Below, piece after piece: positions 40,865 to 55,141 of a stretch of 64,000 nucleotides of DNA (position 1 is its first letter; the number at the start of each line of letters is the position of its first letter). The notes beneath the pieces are model-generated. The model searched no databases. It saw only the letters and a list, made by a program, of their open reading frames with translations, and was not told where the DNA came from. Position numbers and translations under genes: made by a program. This stretch comes from Batkoa obscura (Eukaryota): assembly GCA_030770535.1 (NCBI GenBank), contig JASVEC010000015.1:124001-188000 (forward strand), in the 5' to 3' direction.

Positions 40865-42925
40865 AACTAATTTTTAGAAATAAAACAATTTAAAAAGTAA
40901 AGAATGAATTAAGTAATGTTGAAACGTATTTAAATTTTAAGAAATGGGCAATTAAAAGTTTTAGGGGGGAAATGATATGGAGATTTTAAATAAACTCAAG
41001 GGATTATGTTTTTTATTTGCTCTTATTGTGCTTATTTCGACCAATAAAATACGGTTTCTATTACAGTTTAAAATCATTTTTAATTGGATATAAGATGAGA
41101 TATAAGGGCGAATAGATTGGATAGTTTCATAAGATCAAACCATGTGATTTTTACTAAACATAGTAAAATGGCACTTAAGATTTGAATCAACTTGAGATTT
41201 AATTAAAATCAATCAACGTCAATAACAACTTGATGAATAATATTCATAACAATATTTGCGGAATTTATAAGGTGGTAAATATTGAGTAAAATCATTGGCT
41301 AGGTTCTACGAAATTTGTAGTATTTTCTAAAATGATTGGCAGAACTTTTGATTAAAGAAGCAAAATGTATTGAACCTAGTCACCTGTACAACTTAAATGT
41401 CAAATGTTTAGAATTTTAAAGAGTGATGACTTTCTAAAGTTTTCTAAAGAATGTCAGTTAAAACATCATATAAAGAAGCCAACTTTAAGCAAGTTTTTGT
41501 TGTATAAACATTATAATATATTATATTATTAAATAATAGAATATTTTGTACTATAAATCTTATATTTTATACTTTATAAATCAATAAAGTAAATATAGTA
41601 TAACATAGTATAATATAACATAATAGAAAATAGTATTTAAAATGGTAATTTATATTCTTTGACTTTCAAATGTTTCTCATGCTTATGCTAAGAATATTTT
41701 GTAATTCGAATCAATTAAATGCTACTTTTATGTAACTAATTGAAAATCAAAGTTTTTGTTTTAGTTTAGTTTAATAAGCTAGAAATATAGACAAATAATG
41801 TAATATATAAAATATAATTTATTTTAAAATCAAGTACTTATAAACTTCATAGAGATTATGTATATAAGATAATATGTTGTTTTAAATTTGCACAACAAGA
41901 TTATCCTTAAAATTATAAAATATTCATTTAGACATTTGATTCAATTCAATAATATTACTGAATTCATCAAACCATAAAAGCGAATATTTATTATTCAAAG
42001 TATTCAATATATATTGTAACTCAATTTTGAATAACGCGATGACAAGCTTGTTGTTATTGAGTTATTTTTATTATCTAACTTTGATATTATAAAGAGATAT
42101 CAATTTTTAACTTTTTTTGAGTTTTGTGAATTTAGGTTTTAATTTAAAATAAAAATCTTGAACCCTTTTTCAGATCAATTTTTATTTACTTGACGTGTTA
42201 AAATAGACTATTTAATCAAGACTTTATAGCTTTTAGTATCATAATCTAACAATTTATAAAGTTAATAGTTTAGCTTATTTTATTATCTTTAATATTATAG
42301 TTCTCATTTGTTACATTCGATTTTTTTGAAAAAAAGCCTAATGACAATTTAGATTCACTTAGTTTTTTAATAGATTAAATGTAAGTTCATTTAGTAATTC
42401 AAATTGATACAATCCACATCTAAATGAAATCTCATTCACAAATTCCAAAAAGAGAGAAAATGTTTTTGTTTGAAAATTTAACTTATTATTTTTAATTTAA
42501 GCTATATAAACAATATACTAATGTGAAGAAATTCTAATTTGCTAAATTTTTTATATGTTTGAATATGATTAGTTCAGTAATTTAATAAGATGTAATAATA
42601 ATCATCCAAATCTCAAGTTAGTTAAATAGATTTATTTGAAGCTGTAAATAAGATAATAACTGCAAAACTAAGCTATCAACTAGCAAAAAATTAAAACTTA
42701 TTAAACTAGTTTTATTTTATTTATTTATTTATTTATTTTATTTATTTGTTCATTTGCTTTATTAATTGATTTTTTTAGTAAATATATTACAAGCTTTAGA
42801 TATTAATTTTAGAATATTTATTAACATTTAAATGAATTTATTAGACAAATTAACTTATGACTCCTGTGATTGACAATCACTTAATTTTTAAACCTAAAAA
42901 TTGAACAATTATCTAAATCAAATAT

Positions 42926-43022
42926 GGGGATGTATTTTTGTGTTTTAAGAATTTTACTATTAGTTTTTCCATTCAAATAGCGCTTAAAAGAGAAAAAGTA
43001 ATGAAACCAAAAAAACATCCCC
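42926..43022 (+). mobile_element. MITE copy 6
   Basis: Intact TIRs, ATAT TSD. Confidence 0.92.
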
Positions 43023-43260
43023 ATATTCTTTTCAACTAACATTTCACTTAACTCATTTTCTCATCAAATCAATTATAAACTAATTGCTTAGCTATCAGCA
43101 TAAATAAACTATTCAATTTGAAACTAAGAATAAATGTGATAATTTACTAAAAATAACACTATCTAATTTAATCATTTTGGCTGGAATTCACTCTAAATTT
43201 CTCTAATTTCTCTAATTTCTCTTTTCAATTGTACCATTTTTACCTCTCAATTAACTCGAA

Positions 43261-45760
43261 ATGGCTACTCCATCAAGTCACTCAGAATCTAACGACGAAG
43301 ATAGTATGCATTCAAGTAATTCAAAACATCTTCATAGTCCCAAAACTTTTATTAGTAATTTATTCAATGGTAATGATTTTTCTAAAATACCATTAAAATT
43401 GGATCATTGTTATCGACCATTATGGATCAATCCAGTAGAATTGTCAATAACATTGGAGAAACATTCTCCTTTAGCTAAACCAGCTCAAGATTTTTTAGCT
43501 GCTATAGCAGAGCCTATATCAAGGTAAACTCACGCAAAAAATTCAACGTTTTTTTATTTAAAAGGGTATTAATCTTTTTTATTTATTTATTTATACAGAC
43601 CAATGTTTATGTTAGAATATAAAATTACTTCTTATTCTTTATATGCTGCTTTTTCTATTGGTTTACAAGCTAATGATATTATTATTATGTTAAACAGATT
43701 GTCAAAGGTAACAAGATTTGATTATGTTATATTTTTATTATATTTATGACTAATTGAGTTAGTCCGAAATCCAACCTTCAGTTGTAGAGTTTATTAACAA
43801 ATGTTCATTAACCTTTTCAAAAGCTAAATTAGTATTAAAATTGAATCGATATTTTATTGAATCTGAAGATCAATTAGCATTAAAGAAATTATTATTAGAT
43901 GAGATTATTCGAGATGCTTGTATTAATTTATCAGATAATCAACAAGATAATAATAATAATAAAGATATTAATTTAATATCAACAGATAAGCCAAGTAATA
44001 AAGGTTTATTAGTAGCTGGTATACCAAATAAAATAAAAACAATGAAAGATAATAAAGAGAATATAGATGGAAATGAAAGTATTGAACTAGATATAAAAAA
44101 GATATTAGATAAGGAAGATGAAGAAGATGAAGAAGATATAAAACAACATGTTTATTCCTTTGAAATTGATAGTAAAAAAGTAGAAACTATAAAAAAACAA
44201 TGCCAATTATTAGATTATCCATTATTAGAAGAATATGATTTTCGTAATGATACCATCAATACAAGCCTTGAAATAGAATTAAAACCCAATGTTACTTTAA
44301 GACCATATCAAGAAAAAAGCTTGAATAAAAAATTTTCTAATGGTAGAGCAAGATCAGGGATTATTGTATTACCTTGTGGAGCTGGTAAAACATTAGTTGG
44401 TATTGCAGCTGCATGTACAATTAAAAAAAGTTGTTTGATATTATGTACATCAGCAGTCTCCGTTTCTCAATGGAAATCTGAATTATTAAAATGGTCCACA
44501 ATTCAACCTGAAAAGGTAGCTACATTTACTTCTGGACATAAAGAATTTTATGCAGGCAAAATAGGAATTGTAATAACTACTTATTCAATGGTAGCTAATA
44601 TTAAAAATCGATCTCATTCTTCTAAAAAAATGATGGATTATTTGCAAAATCAAGAATGGGGTTTATTATTGTTAGATGAAGTACATGTAGTACCAGCCAA
44701 TATGTTTCGACAAGTAGTAAATAAAATCCATTGTCATAGTAAATTAGGATTAACAGCTACTTTAGTAAGAGAAGATGATAAAATTACAGATTTAAATTTT
44801 TTAATTGGACCCAAATTATATGAAGCTAATTGGATGGAATTAGCATCTCAAGGTCATATTGCAAATGTAGAATGCGCTGAAGTTTGGTGTCCAATGACAC
44901 GTGAATTTTATCGAGAATATTTACATGAATCCAGTCGTAAAAGAGCTTTGTTATATGCTATGAACCCAAGTAAATTTCAAGCATGTCAATATTTAATTCA
45001 ATTACATGAATCTCGTGGGGATAAAATTATTGTGTTTTCCGATAATGTTTACGCTTTACAAGCCTATGCTTTAAAATTAAAAAAGCCTTTTATTTATGGA
45101 GCTACTTCTCAATTAGAAAGGATTCGTATATTACAACAATTTAAATATAATCCTATGATTAATACGGTATTTTTATCAAAAGTTGGAGATACTTCAATTG
45201 ATTTACCAGAAGCTACAGTATTAATTCAAATTTCAGCTCATTATGGTTCAAGACGACAAGAAGCCCAAAGATTAGGACGAATTTTAAGAGCGAAAAAAAA
45301 AACACGAAATGTAACTTCTAAATTTAATGCATTTTTTTATAGTTTAGTATCTAAAGATACAGTTGAAATGTATTATTCCGGTAAAAGACAACAATTCTTA
45401 ATTGATCAAGGATATGCTTTTAAAATTATTACTAAATTAGATGGTATTAATGAATTAGAAAATTTAGTTTATCCTACTCAATCCGATCAACTAGAGTTAT
45501 TACAAACCGTATTAATGACTTCGGAAAAAGATGGGGAATCTGAAGATGACAATTTTGATTTTGATTTTGATTTTGATTTAGATAATTCAAATATGGATAA
45601 TTTAGAAGGAGATAACTTACCTCTACCTAAAAGAATGTTGGGTTCAATGAAATCTTTAGCTGGAGCAGATTCAATGGCTTATATTGAATATAATAGACCT
45701 GTTGCTCATCAATTTAGAGATAAAGAAAACCAATTATTTCGCAAAAAGAGCAAAAAATAA
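43261..45760 (+). CDS. SSL2: TFIIH helicase XPB/Ssl2/Rad25, two introns
   Basis: [54 protein letters not shown]. Confidence 0.97.
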
Positions 45761-45941
45761 ATTGAGATGTATGTCAAGTAAATAATAATATTTCAATGTT
45801 ATGTATAATAATTATTTATATTAATAAAAAAGAAAAAAAAAGATTATACTCTTATTATTTTTTTGTATTGTATTATATATTATATTAAATAAAATAAATA
45901 AAAATAAAATTTACTTAAAATCTTTTAATTTGATATTGAAT

Positions 45942-46753
45942 TTAAACAACTCGACGATTTTCAAAAAAGGATTTAAGATAAGTAATTTGCCAATAACAAA
46001 TTCCAATTACAGAAATTATTTGAAAATAAGTCCACCATTGAATTTTATTAGAGGTGACTTCAGCAACTATAAATAAATAATATTAATATGTTATTATTTA
46101 TTATCATTATAATTATATTTTTATATTATATATTATTACCTCTATTATGATAACCATCTCTATCAATAGAAGATTGAATTTGACCTTCAATTTTACTAAT
46201 ATATTCCTTCATTTTATCTAATTCTTGTTGAACCCATTGATGAGAGTCATCATCTAATAGTAAATAAATTAATTAGTAATAAAATTAATAAATTAAATAT
46301 CATTAGCTTACTTTTTTTATCTTCCATATTATTGTATTTTAATAGTTGAGGTACAAATACTAACTTTTTTTGTGTTAGTTGATTACCAAAACAATATTTA
46401 TGATCCCCTGGATTCGAGGCATTATATGAATAATACGCATCTTTACGATCTGGGGTATGTTTTAACAATACATTAAATGGGTTAAAGAGCTACAATAAAA
46501 TTAACGTATATTAATAATCCTCTTTTTCAAGTATTATAAATTATATTAAATAATACATATATATTATTTATTTTACCTTAAAATCAATAATTTGATCCCC
46601 GCCTTCAATAGCGTCATAAGATAATAAAAATAAATCTAATTTTTCCATAGTAATATAATAACAATCCGTTTGATCTGCTTCCATTATAGTTCGAAAGCTA
46701 GTTAAGGAACATAATAATAAAGTAATGCTAATAATAATAGTTTGAATTTTCAT
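45942..46753 (-). CDS. p24/EMP24 (GOLD domain) cargo receptor, multi-exon
   Basis: Signal peptide, KYCFGNQLTQK, KIQWWTYFQ..ICYWQITYLKSFFENRRVV*. Confidence 0.88.
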
Positions 46754-47217
46754 TGTTTTCTTTGTCTTATCTAAATCCAAAAATTAAATAATCTTTTTCA
46801 GCTCCTTTAATTGTAAGTTGAATTTCATTATTTTTATTAAGAGCTTGAATTTAATTGGTCTCTAAAAATATTGATGTGATAAAAACTAATTGGCGTTGAA
46901 TTTGAACTTGTATTTTTTTAAAAAAATCATAATTTTTGGTAAAGAAGGAATTTTTAATCTTTAGAAATTTTTTAAAATCAATTTTTAGAACATTAAATAA
47001 ATAATATATAATATTGACTTTAACCTTAATATATTAATTGTCAATAACATTATTTTTGGATTTTTAAGTAATGTTTAGTATTTTTTTTTACTCATTAATA
47101 TTTTATCTTACTAAAGCATCTATCCCTTTAAAATATGTTAAAGAAATAATTTACTCAATAGTAACAATAAATAAAAAAAAGAAGGTTTGCTACTGATATA
47201 GATCATAATCAACATAT

Positions 47218-47314
47218 GGGGATGTATTTTTTTGCTTAAGGATTTTACTAATGATTTTTCTACTTAAATAGTGCTTAAAAAATGGAAAAGTAATGAAACT
47301 AAAAAAGCATCCCC
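47218..47314 (+). mobile_element. MITE copy 7
   Basis: TIRs, ATAT TSD. Confidence 0.92.
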
Positions 47315-47963
47315 ATATGTTGAATACATTATTTAACTACTGTATGATGACTTTAACAATTTAAGGGTTAAGGAGGTAGGAGAGTAAAGATATATTGAAA
47401 ACTAACTCAAAATATTTAAAAGAATAAAATATGTTTATAAACAATAATAAGCTTTCTACTCACCCTTTTTATTAATTTATTTAATAGCTTAATAGTCATG
47501 TTTTTATCCTATTATTTTTGTGTTTAACTAATATTTCTATCTATTTATTCTAAAAAACAAACTTGTATTTTTATTTTATATATTTTTATAAAATTTAACC
47601 TATCCTTTTCAATAAAACTTATGATCTCATGCTTTCTCTCCCTTGATAAAATAGATAAATTATTAAAATAAACCAATCTAATACTTAGAATAGAAGTATT
47701 CACCAAAAATCTCTACCAATTAAATTAATCTATTGAATTACCAACTTTTATGATATCAATATCAAAAAAAATAAGGGTAAATTAAATTTATTTGAACTTT
47801 TTTCTCTAAAATTAATAAGTATTTTTTTTGTCCTATTAATTTAACCCATTATAAATTTTCATATTTTTATTATTTCTTTAAATTTGTATATATTTTTATT
47901 CTTTTATATATTCAAATACACAAAAATCAATTTATATAGTCTTCACATCAATCTTAATAAATT

Positions 47964-49539
47964 ATGTCTGATAACAATGTTTGCACTGAACCACCTAATA
48001 TGGTAAGAAATATGCCATTAAATAACAATAGAAGATTACATTCTAGAGCTTATCCTCAACCACCTGTAAACTTACGACGACCAAGAGGTGTAAGCTCACC
48101 ACAACCATTAAACCGTAATACCTTATCGCCCACTTCATTAAGTATGTCAACATCTTCAACTACAGATAGTATCAATTTGACCTTATCACCAAGAGTTAAT
48201 AATGGATTAAGACCTAACTTATCACCACAAAGACCTAACTTAAGTCCATTAATTTCACCTGCTTCAACTACACAAGGAGGACCTATCCAATTACCTACAC
48301 CCATTAATATGGTAGATAGATTAACTTCATTACCAAATAATAATCAACGTAATTTAAGTCCAATGCAACGTTTTTTAAACTTAGCAAGGAAATTATCCCC
48401 AAGGTCCAATCAAAATTCACAGCAACTACAATCTATTGGTAATCGATTACAACAAGTAGAGAGATTAGGTAGTGAAAGACATTCATTTAATGGATATAGA
48501 AGATATAGTCCTTCATATGAAAATAATCGACCTCAACCTTTATTTCCTAATAATATTAAAGATGCAGGAGATATTATGAATAAATTATTAGCTAGTAATC
48601 CACCAGCAAATAATTCATCTCCAGCTATGAGAAGAATTCGTAATTTAACACCTAAATTATTATTAAAATCTCCACCTAAAAATCAAAATAATAAAGTTAA
48701 TGGAGTAAAGAAAGCAGGTGTTATTGGTAGTTCACCTTTAAGTCAACCTCCATTAATGATTAATAATAATAATAATAATAATAATAATGAATCTCCAATT
48801 GATAAATTACCATTAGAATTATTAAATTTGATTTTTTCAAAATTATATTCACCAAAAGATTTAATTAATTGTTCATTAGTATGTAAACGTTGGCAAGCAC
48901 CAGCAAAAGATGCCCTAGATACTTTATTAAAAAATAAGCCATATGCTGATTTACCTATGTTACGTACATTAAGGAAAGGATTAAATGAAAAACAGAATAA
49001 GAGTATCCCTCAAATTGTTAATGAATTATCTATTGAATATTGTCAAAGTAATCCAAAAATTTATCAACAATTTTTACCCGATAATTCACCAGAAACAATG
49101 ATATCTCATTTATTTTGGATCTTTTTATTTTTAGATAGAGAATTTCGAAATGGTAATAATAGAAGACTAAGCTGTGATTATTTTATTAAATTAGTTCATA
49201 ATGGAATTTCAAATACAATTGATAAAAGTACACTAAAGGTAATTAATTATATTATATATATATGAATTTTAATTTTAATATCATATTAATTAACATTTAT
49301 TTTATTATTATTCTATATAGTCTTTATATCAAGATATTAAAGCAAATCCATTGATAATAGAAACGGAAGATAATTCTACAATTTATATAAGTAATGGTGG
49401 TGGTATGCAACAGTTTTTACCTCATCCAATACGTAAATGGTGGCGTCGAATTACACATCGTAATTTAAATATTGAGGTAGCTGAATTAGATGCTTTATCC
49501 GATGTTGAAGAAGAAGATCCATTTCGACCATTGGAATAA
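47964..49539 (+). CDS. F-box protein with an SP-rich disordered N-terminus, one intron
   Basis: IDKLPLELLNLIFSKL...LINCSLVCKRWQ. Confidence 0.85.
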
Positions 49540-49829
49540 AGAAAAGAGAAACCGGAAGAGTGGAAATGAGTTTTGTGAGATTATGTTATTAATTTTTTTT
49601 AAATTTACCTAAAAGTGAGGAAAAAGAGAATATTTTATCTAGAGTATTATACTCAATTTTTGTTATTATCACCATATCATCATAGTCTCTTTTTCTTTTA
49701 TTATATATATTATATATAAGTATAGTTGAAATAATTAGCGTATATAAATCTATTATATAAATAAAGAAACATATTTTGTATAAATCAAATCCTTTATCTT
49801 TTATATACAAGTATATTTTTTTAATATAT

Positions 49830-49920
49830 GGGAGTGTTTTTTTTGGTTTCATCATATTTGATTTTTAAGTGCTATTTAAGTGGAAAGATTGTTAGTAAAT
49901 TCCTCAAACAAAAAAAATAT
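49830..49920 (-). mobile_element. MITE copy 8 (reverse, one end lost)
   Basis: Reverse-complement core; only the GGGAGTG end is retained. Confidence 0.75.
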
Positions 49921-50090
49921 TTAACTTATAACAATTATCTCAAGAAAAAATCAAAAACTAATATAACTCACTTATCAGTATTACTTCTATAACTTTTATA
50001 ATAAATAAATGAATAAAAACACTAGATATTATTGTGTATAATTTTATTATTTAAGTAGCAAAACAAAAGTCAAATTCATTATTACAATAT

Positions 50091-50189
50091 GGAGATGTTT
50101 TTTTTGGCTTCATTACTTTTTCCATTTTTTAAGCACTATTTAAATGGAAAAATTGGTAGTAAAATTCTTGAACACAAAAACACGTCCCC
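50091..50189 (-). mobile_element. MITE copy 9 (reverse), 28 bp past the LRR gene stop
   Basis: TIRs, ATAT TSD. Confidence 0.9.
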
Positions 50190-50217
50190 ATATATTTGTT
50201 AATATTGATTTTTTTTC

Positions 50218-50947
50218 CTATTGCTTTGGAATTCTCCCCTTCAAATATTCAAGTAAATAACTACTTCCTTTTTGTAATATTTGATATCGTGGAAATAAGA
50301 ATGCATTTCCTAATACTTCTAATGTCTTTACCCTCGATTCTTCACATGCAATCATTGGAGGTAAGGATTTAATTTGATTATTAGATAAATCTAAATATGG
50401 AATCTTAATTAAAAATGATAAACTTTGTTTAATATCTTCAATTTGATTATTAGTTATAAGTAAACTAGTTAAATTAGGTACATGTGTATGTTGAAGTTCA
50501 ATAGTTGGTAATTCTTGAATATTATTAAAACCTAAATTTAATGTTTTTAAATTTGGAAATAATGGAATATCACTATTGTTTTCTTTTACAAATGGAAATT
50601 CAATTAATTTGTTATATTTCAATTCTAAATTATTTAATTTAAAAAATATTTGATCTATTTGTACCTTTTTTAATAAATTATTATTTAATTTAATAGTTTC
50701 TAAACTATCTTTATATAAATATAATGATTTTGGAAATTCACTTAATTGATTTTTTTCAAAGTCAATTACTTTTGGTATAATAGGTAAATTACCTTGCATA
50801 CTTTCGTCAATTTGAATATCATTTAATTGTTGATTATTTAATTTAATTATTTGATTAACTAATTCATGTTTACTAAATGGAATTAAACTATCTTTATCAA
50901 ATAATAATAATTGTTGATTATTATCATTATTATTGTTTACAATTATT

Positions 50948-50991
<44 letters not shown>

Positions 50992-52382
50992 TTGTTGATT
51001 ACTATTGATATTATTACTGTTATTATTGTTATTCTCTTTATCTTTATTGTTACTTGCATTCAGTTCCTCCCTTTGTCTCAAAATAGTTAAGAATTCTTCC
51101 ATTCCCACATTATGAATTTTAGGTAATGCTCTTAAACTATTTCCCTCAAATAAAAATTGTTTTAAATTATTTAAATAACCTAATTTATAATCAATATTCT
51201 TTAATTGATTATTAGAAATATCTAACATTGTAAGTTGATTTAATTTAATTATATTTTCTGGAAATTCAAAGAATTGATTATTATTTAATATTAAACTTGT
51301 TATTGAGGGTGTTTGTAATAATATATCATGAATGTTCGATAACTGATTATTAGATAAATTCAATTGTTTTAATTGTGAATAAGTACTATTATTGTTATTA
51401 TTACTTTGTAGTTCCTTTATTCTATTAAATGAACAATCTAAATAATTTAATTTATTCAACTTAGATTCATACTCAAAAAATGGGATTGATTCTAATCGAT
51501 TTCTCTTTAAGTTTAATGTAGTTAATGATTGTAACTCTTTAATTTCAATTGGCAATTGTTGCAATTTATTATTAGATAAATCTAAATTAACTAATTTATT
51601 TAATTGATTAATACTATCATGAATATTAGTAATAAAATTATTCGATAAATTAAGTGTAACTAATGTCTCATTAATCTCCTTATTCAAAATATTATAATTG
51701 AAGTCTTGAATTTCATTATGACTTAAATTTAATTCAGTTAATTTTAGATTGAATAATTCTTGTGGCAAATGTTGCAGCTTATTATGAGATAAATTTAATA
51801 TTTTTAAATTGAAAAATTCATCTACTTTAGTAGTAATTTCCTGAATACGATTATTCATTAACTAAAAGTAAAAAAAATCATTACCATCATTATTACATAC
51901 TTGATTGAAAAAAACTTACATCCACCACAATCAATTCTTTAAAATTTTCCATAATTCTTTCATCAATATTCTTCAATTGGTTATCATTTAAATACAATTT
52001 GGTGATTTCTTTTTGTTCCCACCATTGTACTCGATCATTATTTCCACTCAAATCAACGGTCACACTTCTTTTTCCTACTTGAAACTCAGAAAACATGGAA
52101 TCCGGTAAACTCTCCAAGCCTCGGTTGTTCAATGCTAGCTTCCCTATATAATTAGTTCATTTTAATTCATTTTCATCTTATTTTTATTCTATATAATCTA
52201 AATAGACAACTCATAATTTACTTACCACTACTCTTTGCCACTTCTAGCAACTTTCTCATTGCATTTTCTCCAATTTCTTGATTCTCAGATTGTACACTAA
52301 CCGCATCAAATGGGTCCACTGTCTTTGTACGTCGAATAGTAGCTCTTCTTTGTGCTATTTGATTTCGAATACTTTCACTCAT
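50218..52382 (-). CDS. Leucine-rich repeat protein (LRRC40-like), multi-exon, with a poly-Asn tract
   Basis: Many LxLxxNxL repeats, WWEQKEITKL, C-terminus PRYQILQKGSSYLLEYLKGRIP. Confidence 0.85.
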
Positions 52383-52644
52383 ATAGACAGTTTATTTAAG
52401 TTCCAAAAACTGAAGTTAATATTTTTATCAATCCAAAAGTACAATGTTAATTAGTAGTTAAGCTAACCAATCAGTAATAAGATGCGTCAAACTGGGTGAC
52501 TGGCTCAATTACACTAACTTTGAAAAATTGGTCAATTTTGTTTAAATATTGAGCTTATGAAAATAATACAGGTTTATTCAAAATAACTTATTAATTTTTT
52601 CTTGGTTAAATAAAATTAGTTAGCATGGTAGATAAGTAAATAAA

Positions 52645-52716
52645 TTCTTCATGGTCCAGTGGTTAGGATTTTCCGCTTTCACCGGAACGGCCGGGGTTCG
52701 ATTCCCCGTGAGGAAG
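52645..52716 (+). tRNA. tRNA-Glu(TTC)
   Basis: Acceptor stem TTCTTCA/TGAGGAA, D-arm GGTCCAGTGGTTAGGATT, anticodon arm TTCCG-CTTTCAC-CGGAA, T-arm CGGGG-TTCGATT-CCCCG. Confidence 0.95.
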
Positions 52717-52880
52717 TCAATTGAAATCTGTATTTATAATTTTATTTTATACTATTTGAAATAAAGTATATATATATGTGTTTTTTTAAGGATTTTAATT
52801 AAACAAAATATATAGAGATATCTGAACTGATTTCAGAATTTACTTAAAAATCAATCTAAATTTATAAGCTCTTAATATAT

Positions 52881-52979
52881 GGGGATGTATTTTTGTGTTT
52901 AAGAATTTTATTAATAACCTTTCCATTCAAATAGTGCTTAAAAAATGGAGAAAGTGATGAAGCCAAAAAAAACATCCCC
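52881..52979 (+). mobile_element. MITE copy 10
   Basis: Intact TIRs, ATAT TSD. Confidence 0.92.
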
Positions 52980-53447
52980 ATATAATATTTGTGAAACCTG
53001 GTACTTAATGATTGGAGCCAGAAACAGTTTTTGCTTGATTAATTAGTTGTAAGTCAAAATGTCTTAGTTTATATAATTAAGATAGACTTGAATTATGAAC
53101 AATAGCACGTAATATACTACAAACTATGTAAGACGAATAGAATAGACAATACTATTATAAAATCTATGTAAATTACTATTAAGAAAACTTAGTGATTTTA
53201 TTAAGTGTATGAGATATCAGGGAATAGTTCAATTAAAAAGTCTCAAGTTATTATGTTTTAAAATCTCTTTTATACTCCAAGTATGGATATCAAAATAAAA
53301 GGCTTGGGATTGACTGTGGCTGAACTCGAGAACATAATAACTTAAGTGATTATTATATTACAATCAATATAGAGCTGACAAAGCAATATTTGACAACTAA
53401 TAATAATAATAATAATAATAATAAAATAAATTTAATTTTTAACAATT

Positions 53448-53545
53448 GGGGATGTATTTTTTTGTTTAAGAATTTTACCAATAGTCCTTCTACTCAAATA
53501 ATACTTAAAAAATGGAAAAGTAATGAAATCAAAAAAAACATCCCC
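53448..53545 (+). mobile_element. MITE copy 11
   Basis: Intact TIRs, AATT TSD. Confidence 0.92.
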
Positions 53546-53764
53546 AATTATAAGAAAACAAAATAAAGAAAATACAAGGTATTAAATAATATTTATGTTT
53601 TATTAAATATAATAATAAACTAAAAAAATAACATAATTTTAACTAAAATTATAAAGTTTGTAAAAAGAAGTTAAAAGCTTTAATACTTAACAAGTAGTTT
53701 GTTAAATAATAGAAATTATTAAATATTAATATTATTTAAGTTATTAATAACTAAATTAATAAAT

Positions 53765-53861
53765 GGTGATGTTTTTTTTGATTTCATTACTTTTCCATTT
53801 TTTAAGTGCTATTTAAGTGAAAAGGTTGTTAGCAAAATTCTTAAACAAAAAATACATCCCT
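53765..53861 (-). mobile_element. MITE copy 12 (reverse)
   Basis: Slightly decayed TIRs, non-palindromic AAAT TSD. Confidence 0.9.
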
Positions 53862-53924
53862 AAATAGTTAATATTCTTATATCTCATTTAAATAATTTCT
53901 TTAGTTATTTTTTATACAATTAAC

Positions 53925-54023
53925 GGGAGTGTTTTTTTTGACTTCATTATTTCTTCCATTTTTTAAGCGCTATTTAAGCGGAAAATTTGTCAGTAAAATT
54001 CTTAAACACAAAAATACATCCCC
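53925..54023 (-). mobile_element. MITE copy 13 (reverse), nearly identical to copy 1
   Basis: GGGAGTGT...ACATCCCC; TSD not clean. Confidence 0.9.
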
Positions 54024-55141
54024 AATTATAAAAACAAATTTTTATTTTTATTTTTATTTTGTTATTATAAAGAAATATGTTTACTTTCGTAATATTTGTG
54101 ATTAATGTAATACCTTGTAGAATATTTTAAATCAAAAAATAATTGTATAGAATTTAATTTTATCTAATTAAAAAACTAATGTTTTTAATCATCTTATTGG
54201 TTAATAAAAGTAACATCAACTTGACTTAATCATCAATATAAATAATATTAGATTGATATTTAATTTAGTATTATACTTTGTTTTAAGAAGTTTATATTTT
54301 AAAATAATATACCTCACTTTTGAAAAACTTATAAAATAAATCTTAAATAGCAATTGATTATTTAATCTCAAACTACTCAAACTAAGCAAAAGTATTAAGA
54401 TTAAAGACTATATTCATTAAATGAGTAGATTTGAACAAAATGATTGGTTAGAGTATAAGATTAAAAAAAGTATTTAAATAGTTTAAATTGATATTGAATA
54501 AGTTTAAAAATTCAAAATAATCTAAAATTATTATTTATTATTGAAACTTTTCTATCAGATTGAGGTTAAATAATAAATTCATAACTTCATTTATATAATT
54601 TTTAATTTACTCAAAAAAGTTCGCAAATAATATTGTAGTATGTATACAAAATATAACAATTGACAGCTATTATTATCAGTATTATTTATATAATATGATA
54701 TCTTTGTTTTTATAATAGATAATCTTATCATTATCTTTAGTAATAATTGAGTAATAGTATAATAATAGTAATAAAATACAGATTCAATCTGATGAAAATG
54801 ATAGAACATTTATCCGTTAATTTCAGTAATAAATTTAACTTATTAATCATTAAAATCTATCAAAAAAGCTGATAAAATCATTAACAAAGATTAATAGAAA
54901 TAAACTGTAAAAAATAGAATTCTATTTCAAGCTTAGAAAATAAACCAATTAAAAAAATCTTATCTGATTAAAAAAGGAAATCCAAATCTCCAAAAAAGCT
55001 GATCAAGACAGTTTCTAAACCAATCACAATACAGTATTAATCAATTTATTCTTCATCAACTGTGCAAAACGAAATTTTAAAAAATAAGATAGAAATTTGT
55101 ATACATTTATTTTAGAGTTAATAACTTCTTAAAAAATAATA

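Noticed and set aside
50940..51000. (AAT)n tracts as a special element
   Set aside because: These are ordinary poly-Asn microsatellites, common in AT-rich genomes.
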